Assembly (NCBI GenBank): GCA_951406725.2
Contig: OX597815.1
Span: 50,158,001-50,222,000 of the forward strand
Direction of reading: 5' to 3'
DNA from: Octopus vulgaris
Taxonomy: Eukaryota
DNA length: 64,000 nucleotides
Shown here: positions 26,655 to 40,493 of the stretch, one piece after another
How positions within the stretch are numbered: the stretch's first letter is position 1
Layout of the letters: each line of letters opens with the position of its first letter
Translations under genes and position numbers: made by a program
Notes under the pieces: generated by a model
Told to the model about the DNA's origin: nothing
The model's input: the letters and a program-made list of their open reading frames with translations, nothing else
Database searches by the model: none

Positions 26655-26760
26655 TTATTATAGACGCCTGGGTCATTGATCTAATTTGAGCTATTATAGA
26701 CTCCTGGATCAATGTCTAAGCAGTCATTATAGACTCCTTGATAATTGTCTAAGTATTTGA
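26655..26760. repeat. Minisatellite, ~33-36-bp unit x3
   Basis: The unit attatagac(g/t)cct.g.t...tg.tctaa occurs three times. Confidence 0.75.
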
Positions 26761-27716
26761 ACAAAGCTGATTGACTACCAATAATAACCATCAACATGTT
26801 TAAGTATGTGTATGTACATTTGATAGTGTGTTTACCGGTGTGCATGCGTATGTCTATGCCTGTGCATATGTGTATCTAAATAGACTAAAAGAGAAAGTAT
26901 GGACGAACATAAGGAGCATAATGTTAATGTCACTTCCTATCAGAGAATCAATCTGACCTGTTTATAGAGGGATTAGTTAGAAGTTGAATATGTGAAATGT
27001 TGAATACAAAATAATGGATGTTTTTTTTATTTTTTATTTTTTTTTTTTAACAGAGTACTTCTGTACAACAAGCTGGCCAGTGAACATATCATCGTTTTTA
27101 TGTCTTGATTACAGGTGATACAACCATCATAGGCTCCAGAATGCATTGTTTAATTGTTACAGCATCATTGTCTCGGTAGTTATTTCAGATATATCATGGT
27201 TAATTATGTGGAAGTCATGGAAGTAATCAACAGTTGAATTATTTGGGGGATATCTCAGTCATAATCTTGTGAGTGGATTTCATAGAAAGAAGCTGAAAGT
27301 TTGCTGTATGTATATGTGTTTGTGTGTTCACATAGACATGAGTACACATGAAGATGTGTGTGAGTGTGTGTGTATGTTTGTGTGTATTTGTGTCTTCTTG
27401 TCTTAACAACCCAATGACAATTGCATATGAGTGTGCCCACAGGGAAACATTAACTCGCTTGGAAATAGCTAAGTGTAAGCAACAAGAAGGGAACCTGACC
27501 ATACAAAACTCTGTCTCCACAAATTCCATTTATCTCGTGTAAGCATAGAAAAGTGGACATGATAACAATGATGATGATGATACCATAGTTTTTCCAGAAA
27601 ATGTGTCTGTGAAAATGTATTTCTCTTTAATACTATATATACATTAATTGTAAAATGCACCTAACTTATAACAGCTATCATGTTAACACTTAATGCATGA
27701 ATTTCTTCACCTAAAA

Positions 27717-28131
27717 GGGTGGTGAGCTGGCAGAATCGTTAGCATGCTGGTCAAAATGCTTAGCAGTATTTCGTCTGCCGCTACGTTCTGAGTTCAAATT
27801 CCACCGAGGTCGACTTTGCCTTCCATCCTTTCGGGGCCGATTAAATAAGTACCAATTATGCACGGGGTCGATATAATCGACTTAATCCGTTTGTCTGTCC
27901 TTGTTTGTCCCCTCTGTGTTTAGCCCCTTGTGGGTAGTAAAGAAATAGGTATTTCATCTGCCGCTATATTCTGAGTTCAAATTTCACCGAGGTCGACTTT
28001 GCCTTTCATCCTTTCATGGTCAATTAAATAAGTAACAGTTACGCACTGGGGTCGATATAATCGACTTAATCCATTTGTCTGTCCTTGTTTGTCCTCTCTG
28101 TCTTTAACCCCTTGTGGGTAGTAAAGAAATA
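27717..28131 (+). mobile_element. SINE family B head-to-tail dimer with 13-bp TSD
   Basis: Full copy 27717-27947 plus a 5'-truncated copy 27948-28131. atttcttcaccta is present at 27701-27713 and 28134-28146. Confidence 0.9.
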
Positions 28132-29221
28132 GGATTTCTTCACCTATTTGTAAGCCACACAACAACTTTGTTGTAGCTGTTAAGTTATAGGTAACACAAA
28201 AAGGTTGGGTAGAAAATATGAAAGGCAGCAAGCTCAGAACAGCACACACACACACGCATGTGTTCTCTTCTCTTACTGGAGTTTTAAAGCTGTGCTTTTT
28301 AAAAAGGGAATCAATTTATTGTTTATGTTTTCAAGTTTGATGTTTTAGCAGCAAAGCCTTCCAGATAAACATTGCACTTCTTTGCAAAATATGAATATGC
28401 AAGATACACAAGAATTAGCTCAAGGTCATTTTATAAGTCGCTTTAGTTACCCTAAAATGACAGATTTCATCGAAAATTTATGGAAGTACTTTTGCTATCT
28501 TATTTCACAGATATATAAATGGCACATTATTGGTTTGACACAGAAAAAAAATAAATAACCATCAAAATGACAAACTAGCATGATTCCAATATAGACAAGC
28601 TGCCAGATTCCTCTATTGATTAAGGTTACCTTCAAATAGTGCTGTCCAAATTTTTATTATTTGTTGCTTGTCTTTTTAACGTGTATGTATGAGTGCATGT
28701 ATGTGCATGTGTGTATGTGTGTGTGTTCATTTTTGTACATGTGCAAATATGTGTGCAACATTTTAAGTAAACTGTAAAAAAAAAAAAAAGAGGGGAAGAT
28801 ATTATAATAATTATTTGCGCCAAACAACCTTTTCAATGATTCAAATTACATATTGACTATTTAATATAGGAATCAGTTTGCCTAATTAAGGACATTGTTG
28901 TTAAGCAGCAAACAACTAATTAATTGGTGTTGTGGTCGTTAGAGAGATTGGGACAGTAGATACTATTCATGCAACTGTATATGACTGTGTACATATGCAT
29001 GTATGTATGTATGTATGTATGTATTATGTATGTGTATGTGTGTGTATGTGCTTGTGCCTGAGTCATTAGGTTTGCATATGTAAGTGTGCTGTCAAGAGAG
29101 GCCAAGAGGTATATGTGACTCTAAAATATATACAGGCACCTTTCCAATGATACATCATGTAAAATATATGTGATGTGCACATATGTGCACGAACAGATAG
29201 GTATTCACACATACATAAGTT

Positions 29222-29254
<33 letters not shown>

Positions 29255-29262
<8 letters not shown>

Positions 29263-29463
29263 TTCTTTCAGTCATTTGACTGTGGCCATGCTGGAGCGCC
29301 ACCTGTAATCGAGAAAATCAACCCCAGGACTTATTCTTTGTAAGCCTAGTACTTATTCTATTGGCCTCTTTTGCCAAACTGCTAAGTTACGGGTATGTAA
29401 ACACACCAGCATCAATTGTCAAGCGATGTTGGGAGGAACAAACACAGACACACAAACATATAT

Positions 29464-29513
<50 letters not shown>

Positions 29514-29673
29514 GGCTTCTTTCAGTTTCCGTCTACCAAATCCACTCACAAGGCTTTGGTCGACCCGAGGCTATAGTAGAAGACACTTACCCAAGATGCC
29601 ACACAGTGGGACTGAACCCGAAACCATGTGGTTTGTAAGCAAGCTACTTATCACACAGCCACTCCTACGCCTA
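29255..29673 (-). mobile_element. SINE family A, full length
   Basis: Reverse complement of 12757-13170; the tail runs into (GA)n. Confidence 0.9.
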
Positions 29674-29788
29674 CAAGTTTGTATACATTCATATACACAG
29701 AAATGTATGTGTGTGTGTGCGTAAGTATGTGTGTGTGTGTGTAAGTATGTGTGTGTATGTGTGTAGAGATAGAATGGAAATAAATGAA

Positions 29789-30057
29789 AGCACATGGCTT
29801 AGTAGTTAGGGTATTCAACCCACGATCATAAGGTCATGAGTTCAATTCCTGGTGGTGCCTTGTGCCCTTGAATAAGATGCTTTGTTTCACATTGCTTCAG
29901 CCCATTCAGTTGGCAAAAATGAGTTGTACTTGTAATACAAAGGTCCAGCTTTGTCACATTGTGTATCACATTGAATCTCCCTGAGTACTACTTTAAGAGT
30001 ATGTGTGTCTGTGGCGTGCTCAGTCACTTGGATGTTAATTTCACAACCAGGCTGTTT
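29789..30057 (+). mobile_element. SINE family C (tRNA-headed)
   Basis: A box tggcttagtagttagg, B box gagttcaattcc, then ttgtgcccttgaataagatgctttgtttcac. Homologous to 46733-47045. Confidence 0.75.
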
Positions 30058-31119
30058 GCCCCAAATAGCTATCTAGATATGATTATTACATAACTCCTTA
30101 AAGAAAAAAAGAAAGAGAAAAGGAAGGAAAGAAAGAAAAAAGGAAAGAAAGGGAGAAGAAAAGAAAGAGAGAAGGAAAGAAAGACAGAAAGAGAAGGAAA
30201 GAAAGAGAAAAGGAAGGAAAGAAAGAAAGAAAGAAAGGGGGCAAGAAAGAAAAAGATTGACAGATAGACAAATGTCTCTTGAAAATGTTAATGAATAAGG
30301 AAGGAGAAAAAGAATCTCATATTAATAATACACTTGTAAAGAAATGTGTATACATATCCACATCTGAATTAATGTCATGTTAATGATAGATTTATTTGAA
30401 CACATGCTCACTTGTACTTAGCTTCACGATATTGTTTATATTAACCATAATGCAAAAGTTCCTGTTCTACTTATGTATAAATATCTATAAAGTCCCACAT
30501 ATGCACACCAACACACAGAGCCATATATATGAATGAATAAACACATTCAAAAGCTTATAATTGTGAGTGTGTGCATGTTCCCTATCACTACTTGATAACC
30601 AGTATTGGTTTATTTGTCACCATAACTTAGCAGTTTGGCAAAAGAAATTGACAGAATAAGTACCAGGCTTTAAAAATAAGTATTGGGACCAATTAGTTCA
30701 ACTAAAATTCTTCAAGGTGGTTCTCCAGCATGGTTGCAGGCTAATGATTGAATATTATATATATATGCATATATGGGTACAGGACATCACCGACTGTGTA
30801 AACAACTTGAAATACGTAGACAAACAAGTTAGATACGTAAACAATGAGAGAAAAAATGGAAAACAGGACAAGTAAACACAGAGAAAGGACCCTTCATCAG
30901 CTGTCAACTCTCTATCTACTCCTCATTTCAAGCATTTAACGACAATGTAAGTCTTCAAAGACAGTTGCTCCCATAAATTCTAAAATAACATTTAGGATTT
31001 ACGCAATTCTCTGGGTATGACATGAAAGATGGGATTCGGGTATACAGGGAAGCTAGAAAGAAGTTAGATAGCATTACATGTGATGAAACCAGTGGTATCT
31101 GCCCTAAATACAGAGGAAT

Positions 31120-31680
31120 TTGTGACGAAGCAAACATGGTGAACACATGGTACAAGGCCAACAAATATCAAGGAGTGATGTTTGTAGAGACCACAGCCCA
31201 TGGAGAACTAGCCCCAAAGATTTAGGAAAGCTCTGAAGAGGGCCAAACTCAACATTAAGATAGTTTGAAAAGCCAGGGAGCAACATTGGATTACAATTAT
31301 GTAGGACGTACCCCTTTGAGAATGCCACACACACACCAATGAGAACTGCATGGTATATAAGATTAACCCTGGTATTAATTGTAGAACTAGAAATATAGTC
31401 TGCAGCATAAGGTGCATAGAGGGTACTTGTAAAGACAAAAACATAATATACATTGGTGAGATATCTAGAAGCATTGTGGAGAGATTAAATGAACATTTGA
31501 GACAATATGATGACAAAAAACAGTCCTCCATACTCTAATAACATGTCAAAGACCAACATGGAGGTACACTGGCTCAACTTGACTTCTGCATTTTATCCAA
31601 GCACCCAGACGGCCCCAAACTCAGACAAATACAGGAGTATGTCCTCATAAATGAAACAAACCCTATACTAAACAGGAGAT
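31120..31680 (+). pseudogene. Penelope-like (Neptune-type) retroelement remnant: RT-thumb/linker plus GIY-YIG endonuclease
   Basis: VMFVETTAHGELAPKI..., a Cys-rich linker, NCRTRNIVCSIRCIEGTCKDKNIIYIGEISRSIVERLNEHL, then RQIQEYVLINETNPILNRR, with stops and frameshifts. Confidence 0.85.
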
Positions 31681-32571
31681 GCATGTACAAGGTAGTGATA
31701 CCCTAATACCCACAGTTTATACATACACAGGTAGATTTGTTAGTAGGCAGTTATGTAGATGAATATATATACATAGGTAGGTGAATGGATATGTAGATAG
31801 ATAGGTAATATGGACAGACAAGCATGCGTGCACACACATACACGAACACATGGAGACATACTTAACAGATGCATGTACATAGTCACACAAACTCATACAC
31901 ATAGACACACTCAAACACCCACACACAAACATGAATACACAAACACATGAATATGCAGAATACATACACACGCATACATACATGCATGCATACATACATA
32001 TATATATGCATACACATACATATATATATGTATACACATGCACACTGACACACATGTGCACAAACAAGCAAACAAAAAACGCTACTCTGTTAACAGACAG
32101 TCAACATCTATTGAAGAGGTTGCAAGAAGCAACGAAAATTTTAGGAAAAAATTAAGTAAATAAGTAAATGAGTGGAAATTGAATCAGTGAGTGTGTTTAT
32201 TAATAAGGCATTAAAACAGAATGACTCTCCCCAAACACAACAATATATATATATATATTTAGGCACAGGTGTGGGTGTGTAATAAGAACTGTATGGCATC
32301 TTGGGCAAGTGTCTTCTACTATTCCCTCAGGCTGACCAAAGCCTTGTGAGTATACAGTATATATAGTTGAGATGGTGGTTACATAATATGTGAGCCATGA
32401 TGCTTTATAGAAATTATAGCCATAGTGAAGGGAAAAATTTGCTTGCACAAACTACTAGAAATGGTAACTAGATTTCCCTCAAATTGTTTCCTAATAATTT
32501 TAAGAAAAAGGGTGACTGATAAAATCATGCAGTCACAGATATACAATGCCTGAAAATAAAAAACTGTTTAA

Positions 32572-32760
32572 CCTTTTAGCAGTCAGATGAAGACTTATTC
32601 ATTCACATTGTTTTAAATTAATTATGCATTATCTCGTAGATTTTGATGATGTGATTGTTTATTTTTTGAATGATGTTATAGGGTAGGTGTGAGAAGCCAG
32701 ATCTGGATGGTTGGAGCATAAAGCAAGAAGAATATTTGTGCTTGCTTAAATGCTAAAGGG
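32572..32760. mobile_element. piggyBac-like MITE (TTAA TSD)
   Basis: TTAA-ccttttagca ... tgctaaaggg-TTAA. A further left end occurs at 38322-38343. Confidence 0.75.
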
Positions 32761-35700
32761 TTAAAGCCAAAATACTTTTGATGATAGATATGCTCAATCA
32801 GAGCTGACTTGGAACTAAATAACAGCAACAATCTCTCTTTTGAATCTTCACCCTCATCCATTCCGATCTTTCACTCACTGCACTTACCACCTCAACTCTT
32901 CCACTCCCTACCAAATGGATTAGTCCATCTTTTTCTCAGTTCCATCAGCTACTACTTGAAATTACACACTATCGATGGGTTAGCTTTTCTTCTACTTCAC
33001 AGGGCAATTTAACTTGATGCTAGATGACAAATTCTTATGGAATTACCATTGTTGCAGATGTAGATCCTTGCTAGTTTCTTCATATTCCAGAATTTACTGG
33101 GAGTAAGTTGTAATTTGTGAAATATTATTTATCTATCTATCTTTTATCAATAATTTAAATCAATTGTTGGATAAAACAGCATCATTTAAGTTGATCTTTG
33201 TAAAAGGTTTTACATTATGTAAATAAAAAAAAAAATACATTCTCCTTTTCCTTAATTCCCAGAAGGCTCTTAATTCAGTGAATCTTAATTCAAAATTCAA
33301 GTAAACACTTTATAGAATGCTAATCGTTTATTTGAGCTATTGTAAACATTTATTATTATTATTTTTTTTTTTAGAAATCTTCTTATATGCTATGATCAAG
33401 TTAAATTTAAGCTTTGCACTATTGACATAATATTTTCATTACAATTCAGTCTTACTATAAACCAATAAAAATCAAAGAGATGAGTAAAGTGAAAGCTTAT
33501 CTGCCAAATTGGATGGAACAGTTTTCCACTGAAGTTAGAATGATGCCTTATGGACTTGTGTTGCTTATTCATGTTAAGTTTTGTTCTATTCTGAAGATGC
33601 CACTCTTTTTTATCTTTCTTATTTTTATAGATTTTCTATGAACTTCAATTATAAATCAATGCATTAGGTCAGTTTCTGCAACATTTTCGACATCTTAAAT
33701 GAACAAATGAAAACACAGATCTCTTTGACTAAATCTCAAGTTACTGAATAATATTGCTTATGGTAAAAGAAGACATAGTGACTCCAGAGATTAAAAAATT
33801 CTATCCTGTTCAAGAATATTGAATAAAGATAAATAAAAAAAATTCTTTCACTATGTCAATAATTACCAAGGCATACAGGACAGTAGATTATGCAGCTACT
33901 GTTGAGCAATACATTTAATGTCTTACAGTGTTTAGACTTTAACTTATACTTTTTGAACTTGAATCTGAATCAGTGAAATAACCAGTAATATACCAATCAA
34001 CTATACTCCTTCTGCTAGAAAATATAGGTGTGTGCTTAGCCAAAAGAAATCAAAAACATACACTTCTGGGCAGCAGTTTATGGATTAAAAACATCAATCA
34101 ATCATTTCATTTATTTTCCAGCTATTTCTAATAGTTTAACCTAGATTTATATGAGTCACATTATCTGTACACTATATAAATCCCCTTCTTTCAGAGCTAC
34201 AACCTTCTGGAAATTTCTTCCCACCCATATTTACCTTGCAGGTAATAATTTTCCAAGGCTCAAGTTGAATATCAAGCGTGTGCTTCTTATTGGTCGAAGA
34301 CTGACAGCAGGAATTGTGGGTATTTTTTTGCAGAATGAAAAATTAAAAAGAATAAACCTGTCACTATACAACAAAGACTACAAATAATCAGATTAAAAAA
34401 TTTTTTATTGAAATCTTCATCTCTAAGTAGCAAGGCAATCACTTCTCTAAGTTCAAGAATTACACATTAATTCCTTCAGCATTATCTTTTTCTTGAGATA
34501 GAATGCCCACCAAAGTATACAAATTTCTAAAAAAAGATGCCTTCAACCTATATTATATGGTCTATTTACAAGTGGTATACACTCTGTAAATCCATCACTT
34601 TCCTCTGCTCAGCAGCACTTAAACTGCACTTAAGAAAATCAGCTTCCCATACACACAAAAGACAAAAATTCTAGGCATTATATACAACATCTCAATAACT
34701 TTCACACAACAGCTAGAGGACATAAAAACTAAAACAAAAAAAAGCAAAACAAATAAACATACTGTAATCGCTAACAGGCAAACATTTAGATAAAATATAT
34801 TCTGTTTAAATATGACATGAGCTTGCAAGCAATAGATCCTTCATAGACTGTGTTAGTTCAGCTTAGGCATGCATACAGCAATAAATTACAAACCATCACA
34901 AACTCTGTGCTGTATCATATCAGATGTCAAAGATACCACACAGATAGACCACCTACTAAAATTGAAAGATCACTTAGACATGAGAAGCATATTTGCTGGA
35001 ATATAACAAGTCCCATGTTTTATTTTTTAGTTGTTCAATGTTTAGTTGGCTACATCTTTAAAGTTGGTCTACATGAGCTTAGATATTAGTATTTACACAG
35101 TATCAACATTGTGTATTTTCTTATTTAACGATTTCTTACCTAGAAACTTGATGGAGTTAATGTTAAAGTGGCTATATATAGTCAGTTGACCATCAATATT
35201 TTTATTACAATTATTTTATAATCAATGCAGGATTAGACATTAGACTGATAAGTACCCAAACTATATTCTATGATAACACCAATTTTGGCTTTTTATCAAT
35301 TTCTTTCCAAATATATACTTTATGTAGGACAATCTAAAAACATTGATGGACTAAACTTAGTAAGAGTACTATATAATTTTAAGTTAAAACAATTCTTGCT
35401 AATTAAATATATTAAACCATGTTAATTAAACTATATCTTGCTATATCATATAGCAATGTATCTTATCTCAGTAATACTAAACTATAATTAATTCCATCAA
35501 TACCTTGATTAAATAAGATATATTTCAATAATTTCTAAAATGTCATTTTTTACATTGTTATTCTTATTTGAGTTGAGACTAAATAAAACTAAATAGAAAC
35601 ACACAATAGAAAAAGATGAAAGAAGAAAACAGTTAAATAAGAAGAGACACAAATATTCAGTTGAATGGTTTTTAGTCTTATTTCATTCACATAAAAGATC

Positions 35701-36770
35701 ATTTATATCTATGAAACACAAAAAGAATCACAAAATAATCTACATTCTCTTCCTTCTAACCACACAACGATTTTAATAATTGGCTGCAAATTTTACACTC
35801 ATCTTTATTCCCATTCTTAAGTCAGCTTCTCTAAGTTAAAACCTGATGTGCCAGTCTTTCAGGTTTTTCTATCTCAAAGAAGAAATCCTAAAGAGAGTAT
35901 CGTTTGCTTTTCAATAATAATAGCTCCTGGATGAGGTAAATCTTCATTAAAAGGCACCTGATTAATTAACTGTATTGTCAACACATGATGATAAACATCT
36001 AAGTTCAATATCCAGTTGATATTTTGCCAAAATAAAAATTATTTTCTGTATCACTTAATCTTATAAGATTTTTATGAGATCAAGATAAAAATGCTAGGAA
36101 AATGTTAGTATTGTAATGATAGAGAATCCAACTGAGGATAGTATATGTAAGTGATTCAATTGAATTGGCTTTAATATTGATTTGTTCAGTGCAGAATTGG
36201 TAATCATCAACCAATTCATGTTGTAAGTGGTGGTAACTAGTTCAAAATAGCAGAGTTATAACTAGATAAATCGTTGTTATTTTGATTGTTAAACCAACGT
36301 TTAGAAATCAATCATTTATTTCCTAATTCCTGCTTAGTAAATATAACGTTATCTATCCTTCAGGATGTGATAAATCAATAGAAAATTAGAATCAAAATCA
36401 ATAACAACAAAAATTTGCAGTGGAATATTTTTATCAGTGCTTCAAACACCTTAGTATCAAATAAACTACACCATAAACAGATGATCCACCTCTGCCACCA
36501 CCAACAATGGGATTTTAGTCTCTTTAAGATCCAAGCAATGAGGTAGTCTCTATGTGGTTACTTGAACTGTTAGAAATAGCAGTCAAATGCTCTCAAGTCA
36601 CACTTTACCTTCTTACAAGAAGATGAACATAGTGGATACTATGATACTAGATATGCAAAAACACAGACTAGCTGTTCCTGGAATACTCTTTATAACACAT
36701 TTTTAGTCTACCTAAATAAACTATTCCATTCTGCTATGGTCTTCTTGTTGGTTCTGTTATGTCCAGTATG

Positions 36771-36801
<31 letters not shown>

Positions 36802-36811
36802 CTAAACCAGC

Positions 36812-37123
36812 ATTCAATTAGTTATGACAGTGAGGATTCTAGTTGATCAGATCAACAGAACAGCTTGCTTGTGAAATTAATGTGCAAGTAGCTGAGAACT
36901 CCACAAACAGACATACCTTTAATGTAGCTTCCAGGAAGATTCAGCACAACACAGAATGTGATAAGGTTGGCCCTTCCAATTCTATGTTCAACTCATTTTT
37001 TGAAGTTGGATGGACAGGAGCAATTTGAAATAAAGTGTCTCGCACAAAGATACAACACACTGCCAGGAATTGAACTCAGGACGTAATGATCATGAGCCAA
37101 ATACCCTAACCGCTAAGCCATGC
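36812..37123 (-). mobile_element. SINE family C
   Basis: Reverse complement of the 29789-30057/46733-47045 family. Confidence 0.7.
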
Positions 37124-37319
37124 ATACTCAGTAAATTCAAGAATGGAGCTGATGGCATTACATTTGTTTCTTCATTATGGTCACTTCAACAATTCACAGT
37201 TCATTCACTTCATGAATATAAATGAGTGTGCAATGCTACAACATATTGTGAACCATATTCATCTTATCAGATAAGGGTAAGAAAAACACATGTGATATAT
37301 TGTAATATTTCACAATCAT

Positions 37320-37700
37320 GGGTGAAGGTGGTGTGGCGACATGGTGAGAAGTTTGCTTTCCAACCATATGGTACTGAGTTCACTCCCACTGCATGGTAAC
37401 TTAGGCCAGCCAAAGGAATGTGAGGAGAAGATTTGGTGGAGGGAAACTGGAAAAAGCCAGTCATACATGTGTCTGTGTCTTTGAGTGCATGTTTGTTTCC
37501 CCACCACCACTTGACAACTGGTGTTGGTGTGCTTACATCTCTGTGACTTAGTAGTTCAACAAAAGAGACCAAAGAATAAGTACCTAGTATGAAAAAATAA
37601 AAATAAATACTGGAGTCAATTTATTTAACTAAAAGTTCTTCAAAGTAGTACTCCAGCATGGCCGCAGTCTAATGACTAAAACTAGTAAAAGAATAAAAGA
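37320..37700 (+). mobile_element. SINE family A, diverged
   Basis: Head and tail (ccagcatggccgcagtctaatgactaaaactagtaaaaga) are recognisable. Confidence 0.75.
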
Positions 37701-38599
37701 ATGCAAAAAAAACATTTATATTCATGATGTGTATGAACCATGTATTATTGAAATGATCATAATGAAGGAATAGATGTAATACCACTACCTCCATTCTTGG
37801 CTTTACTGCATTATACTCCATGACTTTTAAATTATCTTTGGAATTTCATATATTTGTTTTGCAAAATTTTTGATGTGAAATCGTGTGTTGAAACAGATAT
37901 TGTTGACCATTCCTAAATACAACAATATTTGGAATTTCAGTTTGTAAGGAATGATTTCCTTTAAGGAAAACTATCCACTTTTATGCACTCTGTTAGTCAC
38001 TAACAAGAGTACTAACTGAGAGAATCACTCCGGTTTCTGAATCTCCTTTAATGGACATACACACATACACATAAGTATATGATGGTTTCACACTTGACTG
38101 AATTGCTATCAAACAAAAACAGAACTTAATACTTTGAAAAAGAAGTGAATAACATTTATATATTCAAAGTTGAAACTCTCTGAGTCGCTCCTCAGAGCTT
38201 TTTGTTACCTGAAGACAAAAAACAACTGTTAAGAGCAACTCATGTTCACTGAGTTTAAATAAATTACACTCTGTATGAATATACACCTATGAAATTCTAT
38301 TTTAATGAAACTGATGGGGTATTAACTCTTTAGCATTCAGATTAGTCTGGGTTGGATATGTTGCAACAGAAATTTGTTATAATGAGATCACCAAAAGCAA
38401 ATAAATTCAGATATGCTGTTCTTTAGGCACGCACTAAAAATATGCAAAGTTGAGAGGTCAGAAAGATATAAGAATTTATTTCCCAATTTATAAAACGTAA
38501 GTTAGAACAAAAGTATTCCAGCCATGATAATTGCATCTTTTATGGAATCCCTTTTTGTTGTTTTTTTTCTCAGATTTTTTCACTGTGACACAGGTATTG

Positions 38600-38985
38600 C
38601 TCTGAGTTTCAGAAGCTCCCTTTGCAACCATGCAATTTTTGGCTTAGACCAACTCCATGATATGCTGGGCAAGTGTCTTCTACTATAGCTCTGGCCAACC
38701 AATGCCTGTAAATAAATTTAGTGGAAAGAAACTATGAGGAAACCTATCATATATGCATGTGAGTGTGTGTCTTTGCTTTTGTGTTGTGTTTGTCCCCATC
38801 CATGACTGACAACCCATCTTGGTTTGTTTACATTTTTGTAAGTTAGCAGTTCAGCAAAAAGAGATTGATAGAATAAACACCTGACTTAAAAGAAACCTAA
38901 GTACTGGGTTCAAATTATTTGGCAAAACCTTTCAGAGTGGTACTCTAGTATGGCTGCTGTCCAATGAGTGAAACAAGTAAAAGAT
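38600..38985 (+). mobile_element. SINE family A, diverged
   Basis: gggcaagtgtcttctactatagc core and gaaacaagtaaaaga tail. Confidence 0.7.
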
Positions 38986-39961
38986 GGCTATTTTATAAGA
39001 ATGAAAGCTTTCAAGCAGCAACCATCACACTTTTAAACAACTAGACGTTTATCTTTGCAAATTCTCACTGTGACCATTATTACACCATTTTTTGGATTCA
39101 GAGATTTTTTCCACATTAGTAAGAACAAAGGCATTCTGCGACCCTCCTTTCTTTTTTCAAATTCATATTTCAACTCAGAGACAATGCAAATCAAAATTAA
39201 TCTGAGAACAATACAAATGAAAATTAAAAATAATAAATAGAATTTGTGGAGAATCACCTCTAAATTTGTTTAATACAGCCAAAAGCAACCTATCCATCTG
39301 ACATTATCTGAGTATCTGCTAGTTCTCTATCAGTGGGTGGGTCTAGTGTTCTTTTTCTTTCTTTCTTTCTGTCTCTTTCTTTTTTTTTTTTTTTCAATTA
39401 ACAACAGGTACAATAATGCATTTCTTTTTTCCCCAATTTATTTTGAACCATATTGTAGTTGAGTGATTTTTACACAGGGTGGCAGAAGAATCATAACTAT
39501 TATGATTCTGCCTAAATTGTATCAATTATTTTGAATTGTATTACATTCTAATAATACTATTATCAAAAGTTATTTTAAATTTTATTAGTAATTCATTCAT
39601 TTTGCTCTCATATTAATTCAGGTTTGTAGTCTCTTATTTGAGGTGAAATTTGCATTTGAAAAAGGAAGGGATGAACAAAGTTGTAACACTTACATTGTTA
39701 CTAATTTTCAAAAAAATCTCAGATGTCATGTTTGGAAAATATGAAAATTAAACACTGATTTCATTGCAGTTAGGATGTTTTTATTTTTATTAATGTTTCA
39801 CAAATTGATAGATAAATTCTAATTTTCTGTTGACCTGGCTGTTGAGATTCACATATTTTCAATACATCTGACAATGTAGTTCTAACTGCAATCAACTGTA
39901 TCATGTCACTGATATGATTCATGATTTCACTGCACCTGGTTTGTAGTAAGGGTGTTGGTTA

Positions 39962-39992
39962 GTGTGTGTGTGTGTGTGTATATATATTTATA

Positions 39993-40028
<36 letters not shown>

Positions 40029-40265
40029 CATACATATATATATACATATATATATATACATATATATATATACATACATATATATACACATATATATATA
40101 TATATACATATATATATACATATATATATATATACATACATATATATATACATATATATATATATACATACATATATATATACATATATATATATACATA
40201 CATATATAAATACATACATATATATATACATACATATATATATACATACATATATATATACATAA

Positions 40266-40299
<34 letters not shown>
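39962..40299. repeat. (TG)n-(TA)n/(TACA)n microsatellite
   Basis: Read directly from the sequence. Confidence 0.95.
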
Positions 40300-40302
<3 letters not shown>

Positions 40303-40384
40303 GGTCCCGGGTTGAGTCGGGGTTAACCACAGTAAATAAGGTACTCAATACATAGCAGAGTAAATTAATTTATTTTATAGAAGG

Positions 40385-40435
40385 AGCTTCTACAGGACTA
40401 GAACTGTTTCATTCAAAAGAAATCATCAGGAAGCT
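40385..40435 (-). ncRNA. Type I hammerhead ribozyme motif (minus-strand copy)
   Basis: Identical sequence on the opposite strand because of the palindrome, followed by AATAAA and about 70 bp more non-microsatellite sequence to 40300. Confidence 0.7.
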
Positions 40436-40482
40436 TCCTGATGATTTCTTTTGAATGAAACAGTTCTAGTCCTGTAGAAGCT
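40432..40482 (+). ncRNA. Type I hammerhead ribozyme motif (plus-strand copy)
   Basis: AGCUUC-CUGAUGA-U-UUC(UUUU)GAA-U-GAAA-CAG(UUCUAGUC)CUG-UA^-GAAGCU: 6-bp stem I, 4-bp stem III, GUA cleavage triplet. The 10.1-11.1 pair is U-U rather than the usual G-C. Confidence 0.7.
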
Positions 40483-40493
40483 CCTTTTATAAA

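Noticed and set aside
26655-26760. CRISPR-like periodic repeat (also 4206-4276)
   Set aside because: No unique spacers, diverged units, eukaryotic context and no cas genes.
30885-30970. Minus-strand GAAA...GUA...CUGAUGA arrangement (also 5745-5805) as a type II hammerhead
   Set aside because: Stems I and III cannot be paired convincingly in either copy.
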